A stretch of 64,000 bases of DNA from Collinsella sp. (GCA_046976245.1 JBKWEB010000002.1:49522-113521), one strand, 5' to 3'. Positions 47,630-57,737 are shown, counted from the stretch's first letter. Translations and numbers: made by a program. Notes: a model not told the origin generated them from the letters alone.

Positions 47630-49815
47630 TTGATGCGCCCGACCACGCCGCTCAGGAGCGGGGCAATCGTTCGGCAGGGGCATGGCTCCTTGTCGCCCTG
47701 CTGGGGATAGCGCTCTCGGTTGTTGCCGGCATGATGAGCTACGGTTACACGACGGCCCAAGCCGAGCAGCGCTTTGCCGACGTTGTCGATTACGTGGCGA
47801 CGCAGAGCCTTTCCTACGATGCGTTCAACAGCGCCTATACGACCAAAAACCTGATTCGTGTTATGGAGATTGCCGGAGAGGCAGCGCGCGATATGGAGCG
47901 CGACCGCTCGGTGGATAACGCCACGCTGGAGCAATATGCCGACCAGTTCAACGTGAGTGCACTGATCGTAACGGACGCATCGGGCAGCTTGGTGTCCGAG
48001 TGCTCGACGGATGACGTGGGCTACGAGTCGCTCGCTACGTATCTCAAGGAAGCGCCCGTGTTGGAGGTGGCGGCCCATCCGCTTAAGTCCTATACCGCCC
48101 GTATCACGCTTGCGGATGATTCGGTCGCAGACATTGGCTGCGTGACTAGGCAGGATGGCGAGGGCATCGTTATCGCGGTAAGGCATCAGAGCGCCAAGGC
48201 GGTCGCGAGCAATACGCTCAAACTGCAGAGCTTGCTCGGTGGTTATGAGACCATCGACAGCGGCAATATCGTGATCGAAAGCGACGGCAAGGTCGTTGCG
48301 ACCAATGCCGTTGAACCCACCATATTGGGCGTGTTTGATCTGCCTGCGACGGATGTCTTCATTGTCGACGGTATAAAGGATCGATGCCCGGCTGGTAAGG
48401 TCAGATTGGTTAACGCCAACGGCGAGTGGTATTTGGGCACATTTGGAAAAGCGCGCGGGTTCTACGTGTACACCTATGCCTCGGCGCGGCGTTACTTTGA
48501 GGTCGTCGCGGCTGTTGCTGCCGGCGTGCTGGTGCTCTACAGCGGTGTTATAGCCGTTGTTGTGATGGCGCGCCGCCGCGCTGATCGTCGACGTTTGACG
48601 GACTTGCTGCAGCAGGAGCGCGACTATGGCGACAAGCTGGCAAAGGCGGCGCGTGAGGCCTCGTCTGCCAACTCGGCAAAGACGGAGTTTTTGCGCCGCA
48701 TGAGCCACGATCTGCGCACGCCCATCAACGGCATTCGCAGCATGGTCGAGGTCGGCGATGCCAATGCGGACGATCTGCAAAAGCAGACCGAGTGCCGCTC
48801 GAAGATCTGGACGGCATCGGGACTGCTGCTCGACCTTGCCAACGAGGCGCTGGATATGAGTCGCCTGGAGAGCGGGCAGGTCGACCTGGAGCTTGTTCCC
48901 ACAAACTTGGCGACCCTCAACCACGAGGTGCGCGATATTCTTGAGCGCCAGGCCGAGGAGCGCCTGGTGACAATTATCTGCGACCAGCAGACGCTTAATC
49001 ATCCCTATGTGCGGGTGAGCGTGACGCACCTCAAGCGCTTGTTGCTCAATATTGCCGGCAATGCTGTCAAGTACAACCGCCAGGGAGGCTATGTTCGCCT
49101 GGTGTGCCGCGAGGTGGAGCCAGCGGATGGCGTCCCCGTCTATGAATACACGATCGCCGACAACGGTATTGGCATGAGCGAGGAGTTCCAGCAGCACCTC
49201 TACGAGCCGTTTTGCCGCGAGGAGCAGCAGGTGGAAGGCGCTTCATCGGGAACTGGCCTGGGCGCGCCCATCGCAAAACAGTTGGTCGAGCTTATGGGCG
49301 GAACCATGAGCTTTACGAGCGTCTTGGGGCAGGGGACGACGTTTACCATCCGCCTGCCGTTCGAGAAATGCAAGCGTTCCGAGATTCCTCAGGCAGTTCG
49401 CGTGGATGGGGGCGATGGCGATGCGCTCCAGGGCTTGCGCGTTTTACTCGTAGAGGATAACGATCTGAATGCCGAGATCGCGCAGTTTACGCTCAGCCGT
49501 GCCGGTGCCGTCGTGACGCATGCCAAGGATGGTGAGTCTGCCGTCGAGATGTTTACCGCGAGCGCACCGCACGAGTACGACGTGGTGTTGATGGACATCA
49601 TGATGCCTGGCATCGATGGCCTTGAGGCCACGCGTCGAATTCGAGCACTCGATCGCGAGGATGCCGCGACCACGCCGATTATCGCCGTGAGTGCCAACGC
49701 CTTTGCCGACGACCGCAGGCTTTCGCGTGAGGCGGGCATGAACGCGCACTTGAGCAAGCCTGTGAGCTCGCAAGAGCTCGTCGAGGCGTTAGCGCACATC
49801 GCCGCCGCTTCATAA
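47626..49815 (+). CDS. hybrid sensor histidine kinase/response regulator
   Basis: 2 TM with a ~250-aa external domain. FLRRMSHDLRTPING H-box, GTGLGAPIAKQL G-box, C-terminal REC (LLVEDNDLN...VLMDIMMPGIDG). Confidence 0.85.
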   Translation: MIDAPDHAAQERGNRSAGAWLLVALLGIALSVVAGMMSYGYTTAQAEQRFADVVDYVATQSLSYDAFNSAYTTKNLIRVMEIAGEAARDMERDRSVDNATLEQYADQFNVSALIVTDASGSLVSECSTDDVGYESLATYLKEAPVLEVAAHPLKSYTARITLADDSVADIGCVTRQDGEGIVIAVRHQSAKAVASNTLKLQSLLGGYETIDSGNIVIESDGKVVATNAVEPTILGVFDLPATDVFIVDGIKDRCPAGKVRLVNANGEWYLGTFGKARGFYVYTYASARRYFEVVAAVAAGVLVLYSGVIAVVVMARRRADRRRLTDLLQQERDYGDKLAKAAREASSANSAKTEFLRRMSHDLRTPINGIRSMVEVGDANADDLQKQTECRSKIWTASGLLLDLANEALDMSRLESGQVDLELVPTNLATLNHEVRDILERQAEERLVTIICDQQTLNHPYVRVSVTHLKRLLLNIAGNAVKYNRQGGYVRLVCREVEPADGVPVYEYTIADNGIGMSEEFQQHLYEPFCREEQQVEGASSGTGLGAPIAKQLVELMGGTMSFTSVLGQGTTFTIRLPFEKCKRSEIPQAVRVDGGDGDALQGLRVLLVEDNDLNAEIAQFTLSRAGAVVTHAKDGESAVEMFTASAPHEYDVVLMDIMMPGIDGLEATRRIRALDREDAATTPIIAVSANAFADDRRLSREAGMNAHLSKPVSSQELVEALAHIAAAS

Positions 49816-49817
49816 GC

Positions 49818-49857
49818 ATATGGCCCGGTTCCAAGGCGGGTTGGAACCGGGCCATAT
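49818..49857. terminator. bidirectional terminator hairpin between convergent genes
   Basis: ATATGGCCCGGTTCCAA / TTGGAACCGGGCCATAT perfect 17-bp stem with a 6-nt loop. Confidence 0.75.
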
Positions 49858-49884
49858 TGTTATTGATGAGGCTTGCTGAGGGGC

Positions 49885-50364
49885 TTACTTTTCCTGAATC
49901 TGCTTGCCGCAAAGATGCTCAATCGTAATCTCGTAGAGCTGGACGCCTTTAATGTCCTTGGCGATTTCCTCTTCGACTTCTTCGGCAGAAGGGTAGTACT
50001 TAAGCGCGAGCTGGCGGACTTTATCCTCGATAAACGCGGGGGTGTCATTCGCCAGGCGACAGCGGCCAAAGACCACGGTACTCATAACGTAGGGAGCCCA
50101 GTCACCGTCCTGGTACCACTCGTTGCCGTAAACGGTAAAGCAGACCTTGTCATCGCGCTTGAGTGCGTCGACCTTGTGGCCGGCCTTGGCGCCATGGAAA
50201 TAAATCTTGTCGTGCTCGGCGTCAAAGAAGTAGTTGACGGGAATGGCGTACGGGTAGCCATCGTCGCCGTTGACGGCAAAGACGCCGCGCTTGCAGGTGG
50301 CGAGCAGTTCGCGCGCTTCCTCGTCAGTGATGGCGCGTTTCTTTCGACGTAAGGGCCTAAACAT
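49885..50364 (-). CDS. pyridoxamine 5'-phosphate oxidase family (NimA-like) flavoprotein
   Basis: MFRPLRRKKRAITDEEARELL...GVFAVNGDDGYPYAIPVNYFF...IYFHGAKAGHK. Confidence 0.75.
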   Translation of the reverse strand: MFRPLRRKKRAITDEEARELLATCKRGVFAVNGDDGYPYAIPVNYFFDAEHDKIYFHGAKAGHKVDALKRDDKVCFTVYGNEWYQDGDWAPYVMSTVVFGRCRLANDTPAFIEDKVRQLALKYYPSAEEVEEEIAKDIKGVQLYEITIEHLCGKQIQEK

Positions 50365-50406
50365 CGTTGGCTTCCTTTCTGGTCGTGCGTGGTGGTTGAG
50401 CACAAA

Positions 50407-53217
50407 CTATAGCGAAACGGATCCGTTTTTCTTGATGCGGGCGAGTATGTTTTTGAGCTTGTTAAAGTCGAGCGGTTTGGACAGATGGGCGTTCATGCCG
50501 GCGTCGTGTGCCGCCTTGGCGTCCTCGGCAAAGGCATTGGCGGTGAGCGCGATGATGGGGATATCGGCTGCATCGACCTTCTCGCTCAGACGAATCGCGC
50601 GGGTTGCCTCGTAGCCGTCCATGTCCGGCATCATAATGTCCATCAGGATCGCATCGAAGCTGCCGGCGGGATGCGACAGGTACAGATCGACGACCTCGTT
50701 GCCGTTGGCGGCGCGGGTGACCACGACGCCCTCGGATTCTAGCAGCGCCTGGGCAATCTCGGCATTCAATTCGTTATCCTCGGCGAGCAGCACGTTCATG
50801 TTGGCGAGCGAGCAGTCGGGTGCACTCTCAACCGTATTCGCCCGCGCCTGGGGATTCTCGTCGATATCGAGCGGAATCTCCACGTAGAACGAGGTGCCCA
50901 CATGGAGCTCACTGGTGACTTCGATGGTGCCGCCCATCAGTTCAATAAGCGACTTGACGATTGGCATGCCCATGCCGGTTCCTTGGAACTTGCTGCGCGC
51001 ATCGTCACCTTCTTGGGCAAACGGCTCATAGATATGCTTTAAAAACTCGGGAGTCATGCCAATGCCGGTATCCGAAACGCTAAAGCAAAAGAGCGCGCGC
51101 CCGTCATCGAGTGGCCTGGTCTTTGAACTAAAGGTGACGGAGCCGCCGTGCTTGTTGTACTTAATGCTGTTGTCTAACAGGTTGATCATGACCTGTCGGA
51201 TATGGGTGGGACTGCCGATTACGTATGGCCCCGTGGCGTACGGCAGACTATTGTCCTGCATTGTGATGCCGTTACTGGACGCGCGGAGCTTGCACAGCAC
51301 CAGCGTATCATCACAAAGCTCTTTGAGGTTAAAAGGCGCATGTTCCAGTGTTAGCTTGCGGTCTTCGATTTTTCCCATCTCGAGGATGTCGTTGATCAGC
51401 GAGAGCAGGTGATTGGCGGCAACGCGCGCCTTGGCACGGCTCTCGCGGGCGACTTGCATATCGCCTTCCTTCAATTCTTCAATTTCGATAAGGCCCAGGA
51501 TACCGTTGAGCGGCGTACGGATGTCGTGGCTCATGCGCGTGAGGAATGCCGTCTTAGCGGCGTTGGCAGCATCGGCTTTTTTGCGCTCGGTTCGAGCGCG
51601 CACGAGCGCCCAGATGAGCAGGACGATGCCGACCGACAACATACCGATGAGGGTAGCTGCAATGGCGGTGCGGTTGCGATAAAGGAATTGAAGCGTGTTG
51701 GATTCCTGGGCCGTGTACGACGTGGAGGAGTAATTACTTGCGGAGAGCGATTCTCCGGCATTGATGATGCCCTTGTTGATGATTCCCAGCAGTTCGGGCT
51801 TGCCGCGCGACATCAAGCACGCGAGGTCACAGGTGTCAGGGAGCTCGACCGTCTCGCAGTCCTCGAGATCATAACGGTCACCGATGGTTTTTACGCGTGA
51901 ACTGGGAGCGACGATGCAGCGCGCCGTTCCCTTCCTGAGGGCGTCGAACGCTTCATCGTCGGATTGGTATTCGGTTACGGTCGCTGTGGGGAATAGACTA
52001 TCAAGTGCATTTCGGTTGACAAACGATGATTTGGTACAGGCGATGTTCTGAAGGTCTTTTTTCAGGTTACTGCCGGTGTGGATGGCGGTGAGGGACATGG
52101 TCCCCAACGATACCGACTGCACAACGCCTGATTGCTCGGCAAACCAGTAATCTCGGTATGCCGGCAGCGCAACGTCTATGCTTCCCTCTGACAGGGCCTT
52201 TGACATCATCTTGTAGCTATCAAAGGCGACGGTTTTGACCGTAATGCCAAATTTATCGTGTAGCGTCGTCGCAAGCGATGCGAGCGAGCCTTCCATTTTG
52301 CCGTCTTCGTCTTCGTTGCAGTAGGGGAGTTTGCCCGTAATGTAGCCGAGCGTGATGGTGTTGTTGTTTGCTTTGAGCCAGGAACATTCGGGGCCGTTGA
52401 GCGATGATGAACCGCTGTTTTGGGCCGAGTAGTGAGATTTGACTTCGTCGTTATAGCGTGGGTTGACGCGGGCGATTGCTGTCATGGCGGCATTGATGTC
52501 GTCCATCAGGTCGGGGCGGCTTTTGGGGACGGCAAAATAGTAGTCGCTCGACCCAATGTAGAACATGGGGGAGGCACTGGGCGACGAGGTCGTGTCGTTC
52601 ATGATGACGGCATCGACCTCGCCGTTTGCCAGCGCATCAAAGAGAACGGAGTTTCCGTCATACTCCTTGTATGTGCAGGCGATTCCTTCGTTGGCGAGCC
52701 ATTGCTGGCCAACGAAGGTTTGCATAACGCCGGGGTTGCAGCCGATGGTAAGGCCTTGGAGCGCTCGGGGGTCACCCTTGGCCAGATCGTCGCGCTCGGG
52801 CCTGGCATAGATGTAGTAGCGCTCGGTGCCCTCGGGGTTCGATGAGAAGAGCAGTTTTTGGGCGCGTTCTTCGGAGTAGGAGATGTTTGGCATGAGGTCA
52901 ATCTCGCCGGCTTCGAGCTTCTCCATAAGCTCGGTGAAGGTGCCGGAGACGTATTCGTACTGCCAGCCGGGTGTGTAGTACGAGAGGGTCTGGAGGTACT
53001 CGTAACCCCATCCCGAGAGACGCTCGCCGGGGGTGCCGTCCTGGAAGCCCTCGTTGTTGACGAGCCAACCAACGCGGACCGTTTTGACCTGCTGACTAGA
53101 GTCATCGGCAAAAGCCTGGACAGGCGCGATGGAATTCAGCACGGCAAGCGCGGCAAGCGCGACGGCCAGGGTGCGATATATAACTGAACGAAGGACAGCG
53201 GAAGCTCTCACATGCAA
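50407..53217 (-). CDS. hybrid sensor histidine kinase/response regulator with two periplasmic family-3 SBP domains
   Basis: Signal/TM, two SBP_bac_3-like modules, TM, FLTRMSHDIRTPLNG H-box, GTGMGMPIVKSL, C-terminal REC (LLAEDNELN...ILMDIMMPDMDG). Confidence 0.85.
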   Translation of the reverse strand: MHVRASAVLRSVIYRTLAVALAALAVLNSIAPVQAFADDSSQQVKTVRVGWLVNNEGFQDGTPGERLSGWGYEYLQTLSYYTPGWQYEYVSGTFTELMEKLEAGEIDLMPNISYSEERAQKLLFSSNPEGTERYYIYARPERDDLAKGDPRALQGLTIGCNPGVMQTFVGQQWLANEGIACTYKEYDGNSVLFDALANGEVDAVIMNDTTSSPSASPMFYIGSSDYYFAVPKSRPDLMDDINAAMTAIARVNPRYNDEVKSHYSAQNSGSSSLNGPECSWLKANNNTITLGYITGKLPYCNEDEDGKMEGSLASLATTLHDKFGITVKTVAFDSYKMMSKALSEGSIDVALPAYRDYWFAEQSGVVQSVSLGTMSLTAIHTGSNLKKDLQNIACTKSSFVNRNALDSLFPTATVTEYQSDDEAFDALRKGTARCIVAPSSRVKTIGDRYDLEDCETVELPDTCDLACLMSRGKPELLGIINKGIINAGESLSASNYSSTSYTAQESNTLQFLYRNRTAIAATLIGMLSVGIVLLIWALVRARTERKKADAANAAKTAFLTRMSHDIRTPLNGILGLIEIEELKEGDMQVARESRAKARVAANHLLSLINDILEMGKIEDRKLTLEHAPFNLKELCDDTLVLCKLRASSNGITMQDNSLPYATGPYVIGSPTHIRQVMINLLDNSIKYNKHGGSVTFSSKTRPLDDGRALFCFSVSDTGIGMTPEFLKHIYEPFAQEGDDARSKFQGTGMGMPIVKSLIELMGGTIEVTSELHVGTSFYVEIPLDIDENPQARANTVESAPDCSLANMNVLLAEDNELNAEIAQALLESEGVVVTRAANGNEVVDLYLSHPAGSFDAILMDIMMPDMDGYEATRAIRLSEKVDAADIPIIALTANAFAEDAKAAHDAGMNAHLSKPLDFNKLKNILARIKKNGSVSL

Positions 53218-53304
53218 TCCTAACGAATCGAGACATTACCGCATAAGGATACCAGCTCAGCCTGCCCAGTCGGCAGCTGTACCGCTAAACGCTCCCGCCC
53301 GGCA

Positions 53305-53386
53305 GTCATCGGGGACGTTCTTAAACGACTAGTCATTGGGGACGTTCTTGTTTGACTGGTCATTTAAGAACGTCCCCAATGACTAG
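53305..53386. repeat. REP-like element: three copies of the GGGGACGTTCTT unit (two direct, one inverted), forming a ~19-bp-stem hairpin
   Basis: GTCATCGGGGACGTTCTTAAACGACTA, GTCATTGGGGACGTTCTTGTTTGACTG, then the inverted GTCATTTAAGAACGTCCCCAATGACTAG. Lies between divergent gene starts. Confidence 0.7.
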
Positions 53387-53455
53387 TTCCGTTTGCTGGG
53401 GAGGCGTGGGACAATACCGAGCGAACGTGATTGGTTGTCCGTGGAAGGGGTCGCG

Positions 53456-53881
53456 ATGAAAAAGCTCAGGACGCTTGCCGATGTGCTGCGACAGGCTGGC
53501 TTTGCACGCATTACGGGCCTGTTTCTTATTTTCTATCTGCTTTGCTCGACGGCTGTCTGGCTGTCCGAGCCCACGACCCTCACGTTTGGCGATGGTCTCT
53601 GGTTTAGCTTTGAGACGGTCTCGACGATTGGCTTTGGCGATATCCCCGCTGAAACGCCGGTTGCCCGCGGCATTACCGTTATCCTAAGCGTCATCAGTAT
53701 CTTCTATATCGCCATGCTTACGGGCGTGGCGGTGAACTACTGCAATACGCTTATCAAGATGCGCCAAAAGGACACCATGGCGCGCTTTATGGACGATCTT
53801 GAGCATTTGGAAGAACTCGACCGCGATGAGCTCGCCGATTTGTCGCGCCGCGTGCGCGAATACCGTCGCCGGCAACGATAG
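53456..53881 (+). CDS. small two-TM potassium channel family protein
   Basis: Selectivity filter TVSTIGFGD between two TM helices. GGAAGGGG RBS before the ATG at 53456. Confidence 0.75.
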   Translation: MKKLRTLADVLRQAGFARITGLFLIFYLLCSTAVWLSEPTTLTFGDGLWFSFETVSTIGFGDIPAETPVARGITVILSVISIFYIAMLTGVAVNYCNTLIKMRQKDTMARFMDDLEHLEELDRDELADLSRRVREYRRRQR

Positions 53882-53911
53882 AACGGGTGCCGCGCGTCAC
53901 GACGAGGGGGA

Positions 53912-54451
53912 TTGCATATGAACATCACCGTCTACCTGGGCGCGAGCGTCGGCAACGACCCGGCGTTTCTGCCCGCAGTGCAGGAGCTGGGCAACTGGAT
54001 TGGCGCCAACGGACACGCGTTGGTATACGGCGGGTCCAAATCGGGCCTGATGGGTGCGCTCGCCGATAGCGTGCTCGATGCTGGCGGACACGTGACGGGT
54101 GTTGAGCCGAGCTTTTTTATCGAGGCCGAGTTTCAACATGACGGTATCGACGACCTCATCGTGACGAGTGATATGGCCGAGCGCAAAGCCAAGATGATTG
54201 AGCTCGGCGATGCGTTCATCGCCTTTCCCGGTGGGACGGGCACGCTCGAGGAGATTGCCGAGGTCATGTCCGCGGTGTCGTTGGGGCACCTGAGTGCTCC
54301 GTGCATCCTGTATAACCTGGACGGTTACTACAACGACCTCAAGGCGCTGCTCGGGCACATGATTGATAAAGGGCTTTCGAGCCCGAGGCGCCAGCACGGC
54401 ATCTACTTTGCCGACGATTTGCGTGAGATTGCCTCGATTATCAACGGATAA
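53912..54451 (+). CDS. LOG/TIGR00730-family Rossmann-fold nucleotide hydrolase
   Basis: YGGSKSGLMGALAD...GGHVTGVEP and AFPGGTGTLEEIAE motifs. Confidence 0.8.
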   Translation: MHMNITVYLGASVGNDPAFLPAVQELGNWIGANGHALVYGGSKSGLMGALADSVLDAGGHVTGVEPSFFIEAEFQHDGIDDLIVTSDMAERKAKMIELGDAFIAFPGGTGTLEEIAEVMSAVSLGHLSAPCILYNLDGYYNDLKALLGHMIDKGLSSPRRQHGIYFADDLREIASIING

Positions 54452-54576
54452 GTCTTGAGCCTGCTCCACTATGACTCCCAATGGTGCCGTTTGCGGCGCA
54501 GGTGGTTGGCTCGTTCGGGCAACGCGCGCTCTACAATAAAATGTATCTATGTCGACTTTGACCGCGGGAGGACCCG

Positions 54577-55881
54577 ATGGATAACCTTGCCAAACCCACA
54601 AACCGCGCGCTGTTTTTGGTCAGCGTTGCTGTGACCGGTGCACTCGCGGGTGCTGCAGTCTGGCTATTCTTCTTTGCGATGGAGCACGGCATCGACTATC
54701 TATGGACTGAGATCCCGCACGCACTGGGCGTCGCTTCGCCCGAGCTCGCCAGCGGCCCGTTTGGCTTTTTGCCGTACCCGTTTTTCGTTTGCCTGTTGGG
54801 CGGCTTGGTGATTGGCCTATACGAAAAGATGACGGGCATCAAGACCGATGACCTCAACCAGGTGATGGCAAAGGTTAAGCAAGACGGGCGCTACCCGTAC
54901 GACAACCTGGGCAAGCTTTCGCTCGCGGCATTGCTGCCGCTGCTGTTTGGTGGAAGTATTGGACCGGAGGCCGGCCTGACCGGCGTCATCGCGGGTCTGT
55001 GCAGCTGGGTCGGCGATCGCATGCGTCGCTTTGGCGCCGAGTTTAGGGAGCTCACGCTGCTGGGCACCCAGGCTGCTCTGACGGCGCTCTTTACCGCGCC
55101 CGTGTTTGGCTTTGTGGCGCCGCTTGCCGGAAGTGCTGACGGCCAGGGTGCCGGCGATGGTGAGGATTCCGAATCCGGTGAGATCACCATCAGGCTGCCC
55201 AAGGCGCAAAAGACCGTGGTTTACGGCATCGCGATTGCTGGCGGCCTGGGCACCTACCTGCTGCTCGGCCAGCTCATGGGCGGCGGCATGGGTATGCCGA
55301 GGTTCGAGGCTGCCGTGGTGGGCAATCTGGAGCTTATCTGGCTCATCCCTCTGTCGCTGATCGGAACAATCTGCGGCTGGCTGTACTTTGTCTCTGAGCA
55401 CGCGAGCGAAGCGCTTGCTCATGCAATAGGGGCGCGCCCTGTCGTCAAAGCCATGCTGGCCGGTCTGGCGCTCGCCATCTGCGGCACGGTCCTGCCCTAC
55501 ACCATGTTTGCCGGCGAGACCCAGGCCGACGTGCTCATGGAGACCTATCTGACCATCCCCGCCGGCGTGCTTATCGCGACCGGTCTTGTTAAGGCCATGC
55601 TGACGCCCGCCCTCATCAACCTTGGTTGGCGCGGCGGTCACTTCTTCCCGGTTATCTTCTCGGGTGTGAGCCTGGGCTATGGCCTTGCTATCCTCACCGG
55701 CGCCGATCCGGTCTTTTGCGTCGCCGTCTGCACGGCATCGACGATGGGCGCCGTCATGCGCCAGCCGGTCATGGTCGTGGGCCTGCTGCTCATGTGCTTC
55801 CCACTCAAGGGTATCGTCTGCATGATCATCGCCGCCGTTATCGCCGCCGGCATTCCGCTGCCCAAGCCGCTGCGCAAGTAG
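54577..55881 (+). CDS. ClC-family voltage-gated chloride channel/antiporter
   Basis: 434 aa, polytopic. GGSIGPEAGL and GGHFFPV motifs. Confidence 0.8.
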   Translation: MDNLAKPTNRALFLVSVAVTGALAGAAVWLFFFAMEHGIDYLWTEIPHALGVASPELASGPFGFLPYPFFVCLLGGLVIGLYEKMTGIKTDDLNQVMAKVKQDGRYPYDNLGKLSLAALLPLLFGGSIGPEAGLTGVIAGLCSWVGDRMRRFGAEFRELTLLGTQAALTALFTAPVFGFVAPLAGSADGQGAGDGEDSESGEITIRLPKAQKTVVYGIAIAGGLGTYLLLGQLMGGGMGMPRFEAAVVGNLELIWLIPLSLIGTICGWLYFVSEHASEALAHAIGARPVVKAMLAGLALAICGTVLPYTMFAGETQADVLMETYLTIPAGVLIATGLVKAMLTPALINLGWRGGHFFPVIFSGVSLGYGLAILTGADPVFCVAVCTASTMGAVMRQPVMVVGLLLMCFPLKGIVCMIIAAVIAAGIPLPKPLRK

Positions 55882-55916
55882 CGCGGTTTTTCACGAGTCA
55901 ATTCCAGGGGTACGAG

Positions 55917-56708
55917 ATGATCCTGTACTTTAGCGCGACAGGGAACAGCGAGCATGTGGCGCGTCGCATTGCAGCGGCGACAAGCGACAAAGTTATGTCG
56001 ATTGAGCGCTTTGATGCCGAGATCCTTCACCTTGCTGTGATGGAAGGCCCCTGTCGGCTGGGGTTTGTCGCCCCGGTATACGCCTGGGGCTTGCCGACGC
56101 CAATGATCGAGTTTTTGAAGACTGTCGACCTATCGGTTGCTGCCGGCACAAAGGGCGGCGAGCGCCCCTATACGTTCTATGTCTCGACATATGGTTCGAC
56201 GACCGGGCAATCGGCCAAGTTCGCCCGCGATCTGCTACACGAGCGTGGGCTCGAGTTAGATGCGGCGATGAGCGTCAAGATGCCCGATACCTGGACGCCT
56301 GTTTTCGACCTGTCTGACCCTCAAAAGGTTGAGGGTATCAATAGAGCTGCCGAGGCGCAGATTGATGCCGTGATCGAGGCGGTGCGGGCACGCCGCACGG
56401 GCAACATGATGCGCCATCGCGTGCCTCTGTTTGCATCGTGCGCGTATCACGCAATTGGGCTGCCGCGCATGCAACAGACGAGCAAGTTTGCCGTCGATGC
56501 CGATCGCTGCATCGGCTGCGGCCTGTGTGCCAAGCGCTGCCCCATGGCGGCGATTGAGATGCGCGACGGCCTTCCCGTCTGGACAAAGCCGGAGTGCGCA
56601 GCCTGCCTTCGTTGCCTGCATTGTTGTCCCAAATTTGCCATCTCGCACGGTAAGCGCACGGCATCCCACGGTCAGTACAGGCATCCCAAGCCAGGTGTGA
56701 GGATGTAG
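55917..56708 (+). CDS. EFR1-family ferredoxin (flavodoxin-like N-terminus plus 2x[4Fe-4S])
   Basis: MILYFSATGNSEHVARRIA; CIGCGLCAKRCP and CAACLRCLHCCP. The ORF-track N-terminus overlapping ClC is rejected. Confidence 0.75.
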   Translation: MILYFSATGNSEHVARRIAAATSDKVMSIERFDAEILHLAVMEGPCRLGFVAPVYAWGLPTPMIEFLKTVDLSVAAGTKGGERPYTFYVSTYGSTTGQSAKFARDLLHERGLELDAAMSVKMPDTWTPVFDLSDPQKVEGINRAAEAQIDAVIEAVRARRTGNMMRHRVPLFASCAYHAIGLPRMQQTSKFAVDADRCIGCGLCAKRCPMAAIEMRDGLPVWTKPECAACLRCLHCCPKFAISHGKRTASHGQYRHPKPGVRM

Positions 56709-56723
56709 CGGCTGCTGGCCGCG

Positions 56724-57599
56724 CTACTTCCAAACTGCGAGCGCGGCGGTGCCCAGTACGATGAGGGCGAGACCGATGACGCTGTGTCGTGAGAGTTTTT
56801 CGTTGAATGTCAGGCGCGCAAATAGTACTGATACGACAATCGATAGTTTGTCGATCTGCACCACGACGCTCACCTGGCCTGTGGCGATGGCGTAGTAATA
56901 GAGCAGCCACGATGCTCCGGTCGCGATGCCCGATGTTGCGAGAAATGTGAGTTCGCGCCGGTCAGCGTGCGCGACCTGATCCAGTTTTCCCTTGGCTGCC
57001 ACGATCGCCCATGCCATAACCAGTACCACGCAGGTGCGGATTGCCGTGGCCAGGTTTGACTCGACGCCTTCGATGCCAACCTTGGCAAGGATGGACGTGA
57101 GCGCCGCGAACACGGCAGCGCCGAGGGCGTAAGCGAGCCAGGTCCGGTCTTGCTGCTGCTCGGGTCCGGCAGACTGCTTCTTCTCGATCATTAAAAACGT
57201 GCCGAGGGTGATGACAGCGGTTCCCACGAGCTTAACCGCAAGGTTGCTCGTCTCGCCAAAAAGCACGATGGCGATCAGTGCGGCGAGTACGGTGCTCATC
57301 TTGTCGACCGGTACGACCTTATTGACGTCTCCGATGCCCAGCGCCTTAAAGTAACAGATCCACGAAGCGCCGGTAGCGAGTCCCGAGAGGACGAGAAAGA
57401 GCCAAGATCTGGGTTCGATGCTGCCGATGGTTCCAATGGATCCAGAAATGCCCGCCATTGCCCAGGCGAAAACGAGCACCACGCAGGTGCGAATGGCCGT
57501 CGCGACATCGGAGTCGGTCTGCTTGATGCCGCATTTGGCCAGGACAGATGTGACGCCGGCAAAGAAAGCCGACACAAATGCTGCTGCGACCCACGACAC
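56724..57599 (-). CDS. EamA/DMT-family transporter
   Basis: 291 aa, 10 TM, with internal duplication typical of EamA (two VLAKxGI-containing halves). Confidence 0.75.
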   Translation of the reverse strand: MSWVAAAFVSAFFAGVTSVLAKCGIKQTDSDVATAIRTCVVLVFAWAMAGISGSIGTIGSIEPRSWLFLVLSGLATGASWICYFKALGIGDVNKVVPVDKMSTVLAALIAIVLFGETSNLAVKLVGTAVITLGTFLMIEKKQSAGPEQQQDRTWLAYALGAAVFAALTSILAKVGIEGVESNLATAIRTCVVLVMAWAIVAAKGKLDQVAHADRRELTFLATSGIATGASWLLYYYAIATGQVSVVVQIDKLSIVVSVLFARLTFNEKLSRHSVIGLALIVLGTAALAVWK

Positions 57600-57737
57600 G
57601 GGTGAAATGCCTCCCCAAAGAACGACCGCGCCAGATTTACGGCGCTCGTCCGATGATACCGCCCCGCCATGAAGCTTTGGTATCGCTGTGGTGAGACAGG
57701 GGCCATAGTTCGAGAGGGCATTTGGTTAAGGCTCGAA

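Noticed and set aside
55626-55916. The N-terminal ~97 codons of ORF 55626-56708, overlapping the ClC gene
   Set aside because: The translation is Arg/Gly/His-rich and out of frame with the real ClC C-terminus. The EFR1-type sequence starts cleanly at the ATG at 55917 (MILYFSATGNSEH).
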